Shown: in pieces, positions 29,391 through 39,301 of the stretch
Layout: every line of letters begins with the position of its first letter
Position numbering within the stretch: position 1 is the first letter of the stretch
DNA from: a bacterium
GTDB taxonomy: Bacteria; Electryoneota; Electryoneia; Electryoneales; Electryoneaceae
DNA length: 64,000 nucleotides
NCBI GenBank assembly: GCA_963675295.2
Contig: CAXXKJ010000002.1
Coordinates: 4,384,001-4,448,000, forward strand
Direction of reading: 5' to 3'
Notes under the pieces: model-generated
Database searches by the model: none
What the model was told of the DNA's origin: nothing
Seen by the model: the letters and a program-made list of their open reading frames with translations, nothing else
Position numbers and translations under genes: made by a program

Positions 29391-32300
29391 TACTTCAACA
29401 GCATCACCTTCTTGACGGCTTCGTGCGGGCCGGCATTGACACGGATGAAGTAGACGCCGGACGCATGCCCGGTAGCATCCCAGACCAGCCGGTGATATCC
29501 CGCCTGACGTGGTTGCCGGTTCGACAGACGCGCGACCTCACGTCCGAGCAGGTCGTACACGGCGACATCCAGTTCCGCCGGTTGCGGCAGTCCGATGCTG
29601 ATCGCGGTGCTCGGGTTGAACGGGTTCGGCCATGGTGGCGCGACCTCGAATTCCGTCGGCAGCGCCAACGAACCTTCAGCCAGGCCGGAGAGATAGGTGG
29701 CGTGCATCGACGAATCGGATTCACCGCCGGCATACATCGCGGTGACCCAGTAGCGTGTGCCTTCCACCCACGGGATCTCATCCGCGTACTCCAGTTCCTC
29801 GGTCTGGGCGACCATCAGGCCGTCCTTGTAGACGCGGTACGCACCGAGGAACTCGTCAATCTCGCCGCCGAAGATCGGCGCGGTCCAGAACAGGTTGGTA
29901 CCGTTGTCGAAGTTGCCGTTCAACTCCTGGTAGTGCACTTCCAGCGGAGTGTCCAGCCGTGTGAGTACAACGTCATCGAGGGTAACGGTCCCGTTGTCCG
30001 GCAGCTCAACCGCCGTCTGGTACACTTCATACCCGTCAACCTCGTACCGGATCAGCGTGTAACCGGGAATGCCCTGGTCGAAGCTGAAGTCCCCCATTGC
30101 GGTGATCGACTGGTTGCCAATGGTGACGGTGACCTCGAGGCCGGCGTTCGGCGGATCGAGCTCGACATGGCCTTCGAGGATGACGGACGGCCGGTAGAAC
30201 AGAATCGCCGATTCCGCCGCGATTGTGTTCGCGTCTTCGTGGTACACGCCATCCTGGAGGATGGTGATACCGATGGTTTCGGTCTCATCCTCGAAGCCGA
30301 CGCTGCATTCCGACGGATCGGTCACCTGCGCGTACTGGAATTTGAACTGTCCCCAGGCACCGTGCTCGTGGAACACCGGGTCGTACAGGATCACCTGGAA
30401 GGTTTCGTACGCCGTGCTCGGGTTGTATTGACGAGTGTCGTACCATTCGGCGATGAACAGACCGTTGTCGGAATCGTAGTAATGCGAGAAGTTTGTTTCC
30501 GCGGCGTACATGTCATCCCAGAACGGTGCGACTGTCGCAGGCGGACCATCAATGCCTGGCAAGGACGAGTTGGAGTAGTCCGCCGGGTCGTCATCACCGG
30601 TGACATCCCCGAAGCAGAAAAAACCGTTTTCGTTGACCGTAATCTGGTCGTAAACGCCGTCATAGTACGGGAAATCGAACGGCAGATCGACCAGTACGGC
30701 GGTCTCTTCTTCCGGGAAGTCGATCGGTGTGCCGGACCCGCCTTCCTGCGGATCGATGCCGATCCAGTCGTACTCCGGCGCGGATGGATGGTTCATGTCA
30801 GATTGCACCGCGACATAGCCGAAATCATCCGGGCCGATGACGTTTGCCTCCGCTTCCGGGTCGAAGATCAGCGTGACGCTCGCGCTGCCGCCGATTTCGA
30901 GGTACACGTTCGCATAGTCAAAGTAATTCCCCTGGTAATCCATCACAACGGTCAGCAGTTCCAGCGCGGGAACGCCCTCGAGCACGAACTGGCCGTTGGT
31001 GTCGGTCGTCGTTATCAGTTCCGGATACTCGTCGATGTACACATCCGCGCCGGGGATCGGTGTCCCGGTCGAGCTTTCGACGATGCCGTCGACGGTGCCG
31101 GTCACACCCGGCTGCATCTCGAGGATCAGCTCGATGTAGCCGGTGCCGTCATCCACCACCCACACCTGCAACGGATGGTAGCCGCCACGGCTTAACTGCA
31201 AGCGAGTGTCACCGTTGAACATGGAGACGATCTCGAAGGAACCGTCCGCAGCGGTTAGCGTGGTTGCGGTGCCGAGGGACGCGTCCAGGCTGAGCAACGC
31301 GTTCGGGATACCCAGCTGCGAGTCCTGATCCCTGACAATACCGGAAACGGTGACCACGCCTTCCTGCAGGGTGACGTTTGCGGCGACGCCGAAGCTCTGC
31401 GGCCCGACGGGAACGTCGGTACCGTTGACCACAAGCATCCACTCACCGGCAGCCGGCGAATTGACCTTGATCTTCTCGACGTTGTCGATGGTGTTTGTGC
31501 CGGGTGTCGCCGGGAAGGTCGGATCGCTGGGATCGAGGATGTACGGGTAACGAACATTCGACGACGGGTCGACCAGCGTCAGGTCGAGGTCGTTGACCAG
31601 CGCAAATTCCGGCAGGTAGCCGCCCGGTACGTCGGACCAAGCGAGGGTGACGTGTAGCTCATCCAGTCCTTCGGGAACCATGAAAGAGTGGGTCACCTGT
31701 TCGTCGTCCAAGACAACACCTTCGAATGTACCGAAGCGCATGACGGTGTCGGCGGCACGTTGCGCGTCAACGCGGCCAAAACCGTAGGTGTAGTCCGGGC
31801 CGGGTGTGCCGAGATCCTCGGCGGTGTTGCAGAGGATCGCTTTGACGGTTTCCGGCAGCGGGAAGGTGTTCGGGTTGATGCGCTGGTGCCACGCCTGCAT
31901 CAGGAGGGCGTTCACCCCGGCGACCGCCGGTGTCGACATGCTGGTGCCGCTCTTGGTGGTGTAGCCGCCACCCAACTCACAGGACGAAACGGCTGAACCC
32001 GGCGCACAGACATCCGGCTTGATACGGCCGTCATCGGTGGGACCCCAGGAACTGAAGGAGGTCATGTTGTCATTGTCATCGGTCGCACCAACGACGATGG
32101 AGTTTTTCGCGCTGGAGGGGACGGACATGGTCTCGTAGGAACCCGGGCATCCCGCGCCGCGTTCGTTGCCTGCAGCCCAGGTAACAATCAGCGGATCGCC
32201 GACGGCACCTCTCACGAGGCTGTCGATCAATGCGCTGACGGATTCGTAATCTCCGAGCCAGTCGCAGTCATAACCATTGGGGCCAACATTCGCGCCAACG

Positions 32301-33289
32301 GAATTGGTGAACAGATGCGCGCCCATGCTATGGGCGGTCTCGTAGTTTTCGTAGATGTCCTGCGGGCTGTCATAGAAGCAATAGGGATCGCACTCCTCAT
32401 ACGCGAAGCTGAGGAGGGTTACAGCGGGCGCCATGCCACGATGAGCGTAGTCGCCGTTTCCGCCGACGGTGCCCGCGACGTGGGTCGGGTGCGAATCGGC
32501 AACCCCGCCCTCACCCTGCGTCATGCGATCCTCAAAATCCGCGTGCGGATAAACCAGGCCGCCGTCGTAGACACAGACCGTCTCGCCCGCACCGTCAAGG
32601 AAATACGGGGCTTCGTTGATCTCGTCAACGTTCATCGCCGCACGGACACCGGCATTGAGCATCTCCAGCGGCGGACTGATGCTGGTAACGTAGTGGACGC
32701 GCGGGTCCTGCGCCAGGCGTGCGGGCAGGTCCGAATCACCGAGAACGTGCCACGTGTTGAGCACGCTGATCAACGCACCCGGCTCACCGCCGGCTTCATA
32801 AATCAACGTTTCGGCTTCGCTTTCGAGCACGTTCTTCATCATCACGACGGCGTAGAGGTTGCCGTCCGGGGTGACTGCCCAGGAGGGCATGTCGTTCGCC
32901 GCAACACGGAGGTCAACTTTGTCCTCCGGCAGCATCGGTCCCGCCCAGCGCAGGTCGAGATTGTCGAATGCTGAGGATTCCACACCCGGCTGGAGGTACG
33001 CCACCCAGGCTCCGCCACCGATGTATTCCTGCAATTGGACGCCGGCCTGGCTGAGGCCGCGCTTCACGTTTTCCGCCGGATGATCGCGGAACTGCAGGAT
33101 GATGGTGGACGCCTCGCCACTGGAACGTTGCGCGACCCACTGGCCGCCGTCATCGGCGGGAGTCAGCGTCCGTGTCGGGAGGTCGATCCGGAACGTTTTC
33201 GGTGCGGAGAACACGGTCAGCGGCAACAGAAGCGCGAGAATCAGGATCAATCCCACGCGCGCCGCGTCAGCACGATTGGCAAGCATCAT
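29390..33289 (-). CDS. Secreted S8 (subtilisin-like) serine protease with multiple C-terminal domains and FlgD/T9SS-like tail
   Basis: Catalytic triad motifs VYDGG, HPTHVAGT and SGTSMSTP. AAGNE, DGRIKPDV, VNDLDL. Tail PNPFNPST...ASGVYF...KVMLLK. Confidence 0.92.
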   Translation of the reverse strand: MMLANRADAARVGLILILALLLPLTVFSAPKTFRIDLPTRTLTPADDGGQWVAQRSSGEASTIILQFRDHPAENVKRGLSQAGVQLQEYIGGGAWVAYLQPGVESSAFDNLDLRWAGPMLPEDKVDLRVAANDMPSWAVTPDGNLYAVVMMKNVLESEAETLIYEAGGEPGALISVLNTWHVLGDSDLPARLAQDPRVHYVTSISPPLEMLNAGVRAAMNVDEINEAPYFLDGAGETVCVYDGGLVYPHADFEDRMTQGEGGVADSHPTHVAGTVGGNGDYAHRGMAPAVTLLSFAYEECDPYCFYDSPQDIYENYETAHSMGAHLFTNSVGANVGPNGYDCDWLGDYESVSALIDSLVRGAVGDPLIVTWAAGNERGAGCPGSYETMSVPSSAKNSIVVGATDDNDNMTSFSSWGPTDDGRIKPDVCAPGSAVSSCELGGGYTTKSGTSMSTPAVAGVNALLMQAWHQRINPNTFPLPETVKAILCNTAEDLGTPGPDYTYGFGRVDAQRAADTVMRFGTFEGVVLDDEQVTHSFMVPEGLDELHVTLAWSDVPGGYLPEFALVNDLDLTLVDPSSNVRYPYILDPSDPTFPATPGTNTIDNVEKIKVNSPAAGEWMLVVNGTDVPVGPQSFGVAANVTLQEGVVTVSGIVRDQDSQLGIPNALLSLDASLGTATTLTAADGSFEIVSMFNGDTRLQLSRGGYHPLQVWVVDDGTGYIELILEMQPGVTGTVDGIVESSTGTPIPGADVYIDEYPELITTTDTNGQFVLEGVPALELLTVVMDYQGNYFDYANVYLEIGGSASVTLIFDPEAEANVIGPDDFGYVAVQSDMNHPSAPEYDWIGIDPQEGGSGTPIDFPEEETAVLVDLPFDFPYYDGVYDQITVNENGFFCFGDVTGDDDPADYSNSSLPGIDGPPATVAPFWDDMYAAETNFSHYYDSDNGLFIAEWYDTRQYNPSTAYETFQVILYDPVFHEHGAWGQFKFQYAQVTDPSECSVGFEDETETIGITILQDGVYHEDANTIAAESAILFYRPSVILEGHVELDPPNAGLEVTVTIGNQSITAMGDFSFDQGIPGYTLIRYEVDGYEVYQTAVELPDNGTVTLDDVVLTRLDTPLEVHYQELNGNFDNGTNLFWTAPIFGGEIDEFLGAYRVYKDGLMVAQTEELEYADEIPWVEGTRYWVTAMYAGGESDSSMHATYLSGLAEGSLALPTEFEVAPPWPNPFNPSTAISIGLPQPAELDVAVYDLLGREVARLSNRQPRQAGYHRLVWDATGHASGVYFIRVNAGPHEAVKKVMLLK

Positions 33290-33546
33290 GGCAACCTCTT
33301 GCATGGCCTGTGAGTTGTGGGTCAGGACAGGGATGTGTCCTTCTCTGGATGTGCTAATATAGTCCGCGAACACACAATTCCTCGCTGGACAAGCTAAGTT
33401 TTCGAGATTTTACCCGCAGAACCGGAGATCCATCCTGTACCCGGCTACCCGGGCCACAAGATGAACCGGGCCAACTCCATGGGCCAGGTCGATGAGTCAG
33501 CGAGAACTTCTCTCCACTTTCGGATTCGAACACCTACCTTTGCCGC

Positions 33547-33963
33547 ATGGCTGAACGCAAACACATCCTGGTCGCCGCCGGCCTGATCTGGCGCGACGAC
33601 GGCTTGATTCTGATCTCGCAACGTCCGGACGGCGGCTCGCACGCCGGTTGCTGGGAATTGCCCGGTGGCAAGGTGGAAGCCGGGGAAACGGTGGCTCAGG
33701 CGTTGGAACGTGAGATCCGGGAAGAATTGGGGGTCAAGGTCACGGCGGGACCGGAATTCAACCGGGTGACGCATGAGTATCCGGAATTGACGGTGACGCT
33801 GGCCGGGTTGCATGCGCGGTATGTGAGCGGTGAGCCGCAAACGCTGGAGGTGGCGGACTGGCGCTGGGTACATGCGGACGAGCTGTTGCGGTACGAATTT
33901 CCCGCGGCGAACGCGCGGTTGTTTGATAGCGAGTGGAAGACCTCTCCGTACTTACAGACCTGA
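33547..33963 (+). CDS. mutT: MutT-like NUDIX hydrolase (8-oxo-dGTP diphosphatase)
   Basis: WELPGGKVEAGET..QALEREIREELG Nudix box, HEYPE, FPAAN. Confidence 0.85.
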   Translation: MAERKHILVAAGLIWRDDGLILISQRPDGGSHAGCWELPGGKVEAGETVAQALEREIREELGVKVTAGPEFNRVTHEYPELTVTLAGLHARYVSGEPQTLEVADWRWVHADELLRYEFPAANARLFDSEWKTSPYLQT

Positions 33964-34151
33964 TGAACGACGGGGTCATTCCGAACGGAACGAAGAGACG
34001 TGAGAGAAGGTCCAGCTTCGACCATCCAGAATCGAAGAGTCACTTGTTGATCATTGGGCTCTTCTTCGGCCGCATACGCACGCGACCGTCAGAATGACGT
34101 GCTGGCCGGCCTTTGACGAAAATCGTGCGTTTCTACTTTATCGGAAACCAA

Positions 34152-34179
34152 ACGGGGGCACCTCGATGAGATGCCCCGT
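34152..34179 (-). terminator. Rho-independent terminator after the HD-domain gene
   Basis: acgggggca...tgccccgt hairpin followed by TTT on the minus strand. Confidence 0.55.
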
Positions 34180-34223
34180 CATGATGCTAAGAACCGTGCA
34201 ACGCGGCGTAGCTTCCGGCAGCA

Positions 34224-35441
34224 TCACACCACCGGCGCGGCAGGCGGCGGGTCGTTTGGATTAACCCACGGCACGCCGCGAATCCCTTCCCGATCAATGC
34301 CCTCGATGGAAAACTCCGGATCGTTGAGGAAGGCGGAAAACGTCGCGATGAAGGTGATGATCACCGTCGTCAAGAAGTCCTTGTCCTCGTACAGCTCGAT
34401 GAGGGCGTCCCGTCGATCCTGTCCGCGTGTGTTGGCGAAGCGTTCGAGGAAGAACCCGGCGAGGCTGCCTTCGCTGTTGGCGGCGTGGACCTGTGTTGCG
34501 CCACCGTGGTAGCAGTACTCCATCGTTTCGATGAACTGGCGGCGCAGGTCGGGCATTTCGGATTCGTCATGCGTCGCAATCAGTTCCAGCGCCAGCCATT
34601 GTGCTTCCCGGATGCTGGCGATGGCGACCGCGTCAAACAGCGACTTGGTGGTCTCGTCGAGATTGCAGCGTCCCGTGATGCGCAGCAACGACAGGAACAA
34701 CGCATTCTTGAACAGCTGGGCGAGCAGCAATGATCCTTCCTTCGGTTCCGGCAGGAAGTGGTACTGGCGGATGCGCACGCCCTTGTAGACGGACACGAAG
34801 AACAGGTCGAACAGGTTGCGGTAGAAGTTGTAGCGGATGACACCGGGCCGGTGGATGTGATGGTCCAGTGTGTTGTCGAGCCGGTCGGCGAGTTTGACAT
34901 GCAGCAGGTCGGGCATGCGTTCGGACGCATCGAGCAGCCGCACGAGGTACGCCTGATACGGCAACCCCGGTTCTCGTGTCAGATAGGACAATCGTTCGCC
35001 GAGATACCACTGCTGTTCGTTGCCGATTTTCTCCAGCAGCATGTTGAAGCTGTTGGCGAACTCGTCCCGGCTTTTCTCCGGAATGCGGCTTATCGGCAGG
35101 TCTTCGTCCTTATCATGCAGCAGCGCACCGAGCAGATCGAGAATGTCCGGATCGCGCATGCAGCGTGACAGCAGCGCGGCTGTGCGCAGCGGATGCAGCA
35201 CCGCCATCGGACCGATTTTGCGGCGTGTCCGGCCGTAGCCAAGCCGGATGATGCTGACGGTCTGCTTCAGCGCTTCCTGATCCGGCACTTTCGCCGGACC
35301 GGTAACCAGGGCGAGCAGTGCGTCCTCATTGGGCACTTCCGCGCTGAGGTGATAGTTGATCTCCGCCGACAGGTTCATGAAATGCTCGACGGTGATCAGC
35401 TCCCGTTCTCCCTCCATGATCGCAAAGTCTGTCATACGCAT
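34224..35441 (-). CDS. HD-domain protein resembling RelA/SpoT-type hydrolase domain with uncharacterised C-terminal extension
   Basis: RRKIG...HPLRTA, ALLHDKDED, LTR, VKLADRLDN. No synthetase motifs seen. Confidence 0.7.
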   Translation of the reverse strand: MRMTDFAIMEGERELITVEHFMNLSAEINYHLSAEVPNEDALLALVTGPAKVPDQEALKQTVSIIRLGYGRTRRKIGPMAVLHPLRTAALLSRCMRDPDILDLLGALLHDKDEDLPISRIPEKSRDEFANSFNMLLEKIGNEQQWYLGERLSYLTREPGLPYQAYLVRLLDASERMPDLLHVKLADRLDNTLDHHIHRPGVIRYNFYRNLFDLFFVSVYKGVRIRQYHFLPEPKEGSLLLAQLFKNALFLSLLRITGRCNLDETTKSLFDAVAIASIREAQWLALELIATHDESEMPDLRRQFIETMEYCYHGGATQVHAANSEGSLAGFFLERFANTRGQDRRDALIELYEDKDFLTTVIITFIATFSAFLNDPEFSIEGIDREGIRGVPWVNPNDPPPAAPVV

Positions 35442-35607
35442 CCATCTGGTTGACCCATGACCCGAACTGACAACTCCAAGCGGAAAAGATAGTACGCGCT
35501 ACCCGCCGCCCGCTATTGCAAATTTGCGAAAACACAAGTCAAATAAAAAACGCGACCCAGAGGCCGCGTTCCAATGCCAGAAACTGGCAGTATACTCGTA
35601 CGATTGA

Positions 35608-35781
35608 TCAGTTGTTGTGCGGGTTGGTGGACTCGTCCACGCAATGCGCACGCAGGTGATCGTCGGTCATGCCGGCGAGGTCGCCGGCGACATTGGCCGG
35701 GCACAGGTAGGTGTGGCCGGTTTCACTCTTGACCCACGTAACGTTGATCGCCTGCTTCACTTCGCGAGTTTCCTGTTCCAT
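35608..35781 (-). CDS. Small hypothetical protein (57 aa, two Cys)
   Basis: Strong RBS aaggagag. WVKSETGHTYLCP...CVDESTNPHNN. Confidence 0.65.
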   Translation of the reverse strand: MEQETREVKQAINVTWVKSETGHTYLCPANVAGDLAGMTDDHLRAHCVDESTNPHNN

Positions 35782-35860
35782 CTCATCTCTCCTTTTTGTT
35801 TCGGATCGGTGTCGTGTTCCCACGCACGGTTTTCCGATCCAATCATGTTTACGACTGTTG

Positions 35861-36223
35861 TTAAGCGATATGTTCTGCGCGCTCTTCCTTCAGCGCGTTG
35901 ATGTCCAGTGTTTCCGCCTGGCGTACAATTTCATGGAAAACGTCCGCCGGGGGTCCGCCGGGCTGGTTGTACAGCATCTCGCCGTCCCGGTACACGATCA
36001 GCGTGGGGATATAGCGGATGTTGAACATCTCTTTCAGCTCCGGTTCCTGATCGGTGTCCAGTTTCGCGAAACGGTGTTGCTGATACGCGTCAGCCAACCT
36101 TTCGAATTCCGGTTGGAACCTCTGGCAATCCGGGCACCAATCCGCGCCCGCTGCGATGAAGACGATGCCGTCTGTCTGGACTACATCCCGGAAATTGCTG
36201 GCTGTCAACTGAATCGTTTCCAT
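35861..36223 (-). CDS. Thioredoxin family protein
   Basis: WCPDC active site, FAKLDTD, IRYIPT. Confidence 0.88.
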   Translation of the reverse strand: METIQLTASNFRDVVQTDGIVFIAAGADWCPDCQRFQPEFERLADAYQQHRFAKLDTDQEPELKEMFNIRYIPTLIVYRDGEMLYNQPGGPPADVFHEIVRQAETLDINALKEERAEHIA

Positions 36224-36262
36224 CGTTCACCCGCGCTTGTTGCGTTCTTGATGTTAGGCTAA

Positions 36263-36339
36263 GCGAACTCTGTGCCAGTTTGCGGAGTGATGGTTGCTAG
36301 CAAGGGAGACAACCGGATGAACCTGCAGTGGATGTGCCA
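36263..36339 (-). promoter_or_regulatory. Two tandem putative sigma-54 promoters
   Basis: Minus strand TGGCACAGAGTTCGC (36277-36263) and TGGCACATCCACTGC (36339-36325), both GG-N10-GC. Confidence 0.55.
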
Positions 36340-36452
36340 GTGGTGACAGGCTTTACAAGAAGAGAGACAGATCGGTACCGGCATTCGGAGTATCAGGTTG
36401 CGAGGCGACTGGACAGATGTGTTACGTTCTAAAACAAAATAATCGTATCGTT

Positions 36453-37394
36453 TCAGAACACTGGGGGTTGTGCGTCCTCCTTGCGGCCACGGCGGGGACC
36501 GTCCAGCAGCGACTCCCGCAGCAGCAGGTAGCTGGTGTAACGGTCGGGATGGATCGCACCGGACTCGGCCGCGTCACGAACCGCGCAACCGGCGCTGTTC
36601 TCGAGGTGCAGGCAGTCGTCGAAGCGGCACTGATCGCGATACTCCATAAACTCGGGGAAGTGCTGCGCGAGGGAGTTTACGTCCTCGATGACCGGGAAGA
36701 ATTCACGGATGCCGGGAGTGTCGGCGACGGTACCGCCGCCGGGCAGCGGGTAGAGGAACGTGGCGGTGGTGGTGTGGACACCACGATCGGTCGCGGCGGA
36801 AATGGCGGAGGTGTCGAGGTCGAGGTCGGAGATCAGTGCGTTGAGCACGGTCGACTTGCCGACGCCGGACGCGCCGGCGAGCATGCTCACCTTGCCACGC
36901 AGACTGGCCTCGAGCTCAGCCAGCCCTTCCCCACTCTGGGCGCTGATGGTGTGGATCGGGTATACGTTCCGCCACGGTGCGAGGTAGCGGTCGATCTCGT
37001 CCCCGGTGAACAGGTCGGTTTTGTTGAGCACAATGGTGGTGTTCATGCTGCCGATGGACGCGCCGACCAGCATTCGGTCGACCAGGCGTGGGCTGACCAC
37101 CGGTTCACGAATGGTAGTTAACAGGAAGAACTGCTCGATGTTGGCGGCGATTTCTTTCTTGCGGCCGTAGGAGTAGCGTTCGAGGAAGCTGCTGCGGTCG
37201 TGGATCGCGTCGATGAAGCCGTCCTTGGTCGCGGTGGACGGTTTGAAATCAACGTAGTCGCCGGGGACAGGCATACCCATCCGTTTCCCCTTGCCGGGGA
37301 CACGGCACCAGTGCTGCGTGCCGGAATCGTCCCGTACGAGCACACCCTGCTTCGCGCGGGTGAGAACCAGGCCCTGTTCGTTTGGTGCTGTCAT
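36453..37394 (-). CDS. rsgA: Ribosome small subunit-dependent GTPase A, paralog 2
   Basis: PVPGDYV, AANIE, LNKTDL, GASGVGKST, GVHTTT, DTPGIRE, CRFDDCLH...GCAV. Confidence 0.92.
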   Translation of the reverse strand: MTAPNEQGLVLTRAKQGVLVRDDSGTQHWCRVPGKGKRMGMPVPGDYVDFKPSTATKDGFIDAIHDRSSFLERYSYGRKKEIAANIEQFFLLTTIREPVVSPRLVDRMLVGASIGSMNTTIVLNKTDLFTGDEIDRYLAPWRNVYPIHTISAQSGEGLAELEASLRGKVSMLAGASGVGKSTVLNALISDLDLDTSAISAATDRGVHTTTATFLYPLPGGGTVADTPGIREFFPVIEDVNSLAQHFPEFMEYRDQCRFDDCLHLENSAGCAVRDAAESGAIHPDRYTSYLLLRESLLDGPRRGRKEDAQPPVF

Positions 37395-37630
37395 TGCGGA
37401 TTCAACGTTCGCTGTCCCTCCTGCGTTGATTGGACGGGTTTTCTTCGGGATCGCCGTCCACTTTTGCGAGTGGAAAGATAGTACATCAAGGGCGGCTTGG
37501 CTTCTCACGTGAGAAGAATTCGCAAGGCGGGAACTGTTGCGGGTTCCCGGGCTTTGTGTACATTCCCTCAATCAATATCAGGATTTGTGAATTCAGAGCC
37601 GGTAGTAAACACGGAACAGGGAGCGATTTG

Positions 37631-37972
37631 ATGAAGATTCTGTGGAAGATTATCGCAGTGGCTGTCGCAGTGATGGTGACGGCTTACATCCTGCCGGGCA
37701 TTGTGGTCGAAAGCTTCTGGGCGGCGGTGGTTACGGCGGTTGTACTGTCGCTGGTAAACATTCTGCTGAAGCCCTTGCTGGTGATCCTGACGTTGCCCGC
37801 GACAATCATGACGCTCGGCCTGTTCCTGCTGGTGATCAACGCATTGATGCTGCTGCTTGTCGGCGCGATTGTGCCGGGCTTTGGTGTCGACACCTTCTGG
37901 TGGGCTCTGATCGGGTCGGTGATCATTTCGTTGATCAGCTCGCTGCTCAACCCGAAGCGAAGGGATGACTGA
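37631..37972 (+). CDS. Phage holin family (YvlD/DUF360-like) 4-TM membrane protein
   Basis: LVNILLKPLL..LTLP..IMTLGLFLLVINA, VPGF. Confidence 0.85.
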   Translation: MKILWKIIAVAVAVMVTAYILPGIVVESFWAAVVTAVVLSLVNILLKPLLVILTLPATIMTLGLFLLVINALMLLLVGAIVPGFGVDTFWWALIGSVIISLISSLLNPKRRDD

Positions 37973-39243
37973 TGCAATCGGAAATCCTCGTCATCGGTGA
38001 TGAAATTTTGCTCGGGCAGACGCTCGACAGCAATTCGAATTTCATCGCGCAGCGGTTGGCGGAAATCGGCCAGCCGGTGCACGCGATCACGGTGTTGCCG
38101 GACGACAAGGACGTGATGCTGGAAGCGTTCCGGAAGGCGTATCACCGCTCGGATGTGGTTTTAATCACGGGCGGGTTGGGTCCGACGCACGACGACAAGA
38201 CGAAGTCGGTGATCGCGCGGTTTTTCGATCTGCCGATCATCTTCCGCAATGATCTGATGGACCACGTGCGCGAGATCTACCGCAAGCGTCAGTTGAGTTT
38301 CAACGAGGTCAGCCGTGAGCAGGCGGAATTCCCGGAGGGAGCGACACCGATTCCGAACCGTTTTGGCACCGCCCCGGGGATCTGGGTGGAGCGTGAAGGC
38401 CGGTTCTACGCCGCGATGCCGGGTGTACCGGCGGAGATGAAGGCGATGATGACCGACTTCATCATCCCGCGTCTGAAGAAACGCAGCGAGGGGCGTGACA
38501 CGACCCGTTTCCTCTCGATCCACACCTTCGGAATCAAGGAATCGGACCTGTTTGAGAAGCTGGACAATCGGGAAGAGATCGAAGAGCACGCTGACATGGC
38601 GTTCCTGCCCTCGTACAAAGGCGTGCGGATGCGGCTGACGGTACGCGCAAAATCTCTGGACGCCGCAAACGAGCTGCTGCGTCGGGCCGAGCGCCTGGTG
38701 CGGGAAAAGGTGGAGCCGTGGATCATCGGTGTCGGGGAAGCGTTCTCCGTTGAGGAAGCGGTCGGCAACCTGCTCAAGGAGCGGGGCTGGAAGCTGGTGA
38801 CGGCGGAATCGTGCACGGCAGGCTTGCTCGCGAAACGCCTGACCGATATCTCCGGTTCGACGGCGTGGTTTGAGCGTGGCTGGGTCACGTACAGCAACGA
38901 AGCGAAGATGGAAGAGCTCGGTGTCCCGGTGGAGATGCTGGAAAAGCACGGCGCGGTGTCGGCGGAGGTTGCGGAAGCGATGGCAGAGGGGGCGCTGAAG
39001 CGGTCGCGCGGCAATGTCGCGTTGTCGATTACTGGCGTTGCCGGTCCCACCGGCGGCACGGAGGAAAAGCCGGTCGGGCTGGTGTACATCGGGTATGCGG
39101 ACGCGGTCAAGGTGATCAGCAAGAAGCATCAGTTCGCGGACGATCGGGAGGTCAACCGTGAACGGAGCGCGACGGCGGCGTTGATGTTGCTGCTGGATCA
39201 ATTTCAGCCTCACGATCACGGAAACGAGCCTCAGTTGATTTAG
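37972..39243 (+). CDS. cinA: Competence/damage-inducible protein A (MocF domain plus PncC)
   Basis: IGDEILLG..DSN, TGGLGPTHDDKT, GTAPG, PGVPAE, AESCTAG, TYSNEAK, GVAGPTGG. Confidence 0.93.
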   Translation: MQSEILVIGDEILLGQTLDSNSNFIAQRLAEIGQPVHAITVLPDDKDVMLEAFRKAYHRSDVVLITGGLGPTHDDKTKSVIARFFDLPIIFRNDLMDHVREIYRKRQLSFNEVSREQAEFPEGATPIPNRFGTAPGIWVEREGRFYAAMPGVPAEMKAMMTDFIIPRLKKRSEGRDTTRFLSIHTFGIKESDLFEKLDNREEIEEHADMAFLPSYKGVRMRLTVRAKSLDAANELLRRAERLVREKVEPWIIGVGEAFSVEEAVGNLLKERGWKLVTAESCTAGLLAKRLTDISGSTAWFERGWVTYSNEAKMEELGVPVEMLEKHGAVSAEVAEAMAEGALKRSRGNVALSITGVAGPTGGTEEKPVGLVYIGYADAVKVISKKHQFADDREVNRERSATAALMLLLDQFQPHDHGNEPQLI

Positions 39244-39301
39244 CTCTCCTCATACTGAACACTTGTTTCATTCGAGATGTTGTGTTATTTTTACGCCCAC
39301 T

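Noticed and set aside
29195-31195. Long antisense ORFs (also 1097-2098, 10979-12202, 42687-44609, 57102-59063, 60457-61908)
   Set aside because: These are shadows of well-supported genes, caused by GC-rich codon bias. They carry no motifs of their own.
37631-37972. Holin as evidence of a prophage
   Set aside because: This membrane family is commonly chromosomal. It is coupled to cinA-thpR-recA and has no phage genes nearby.
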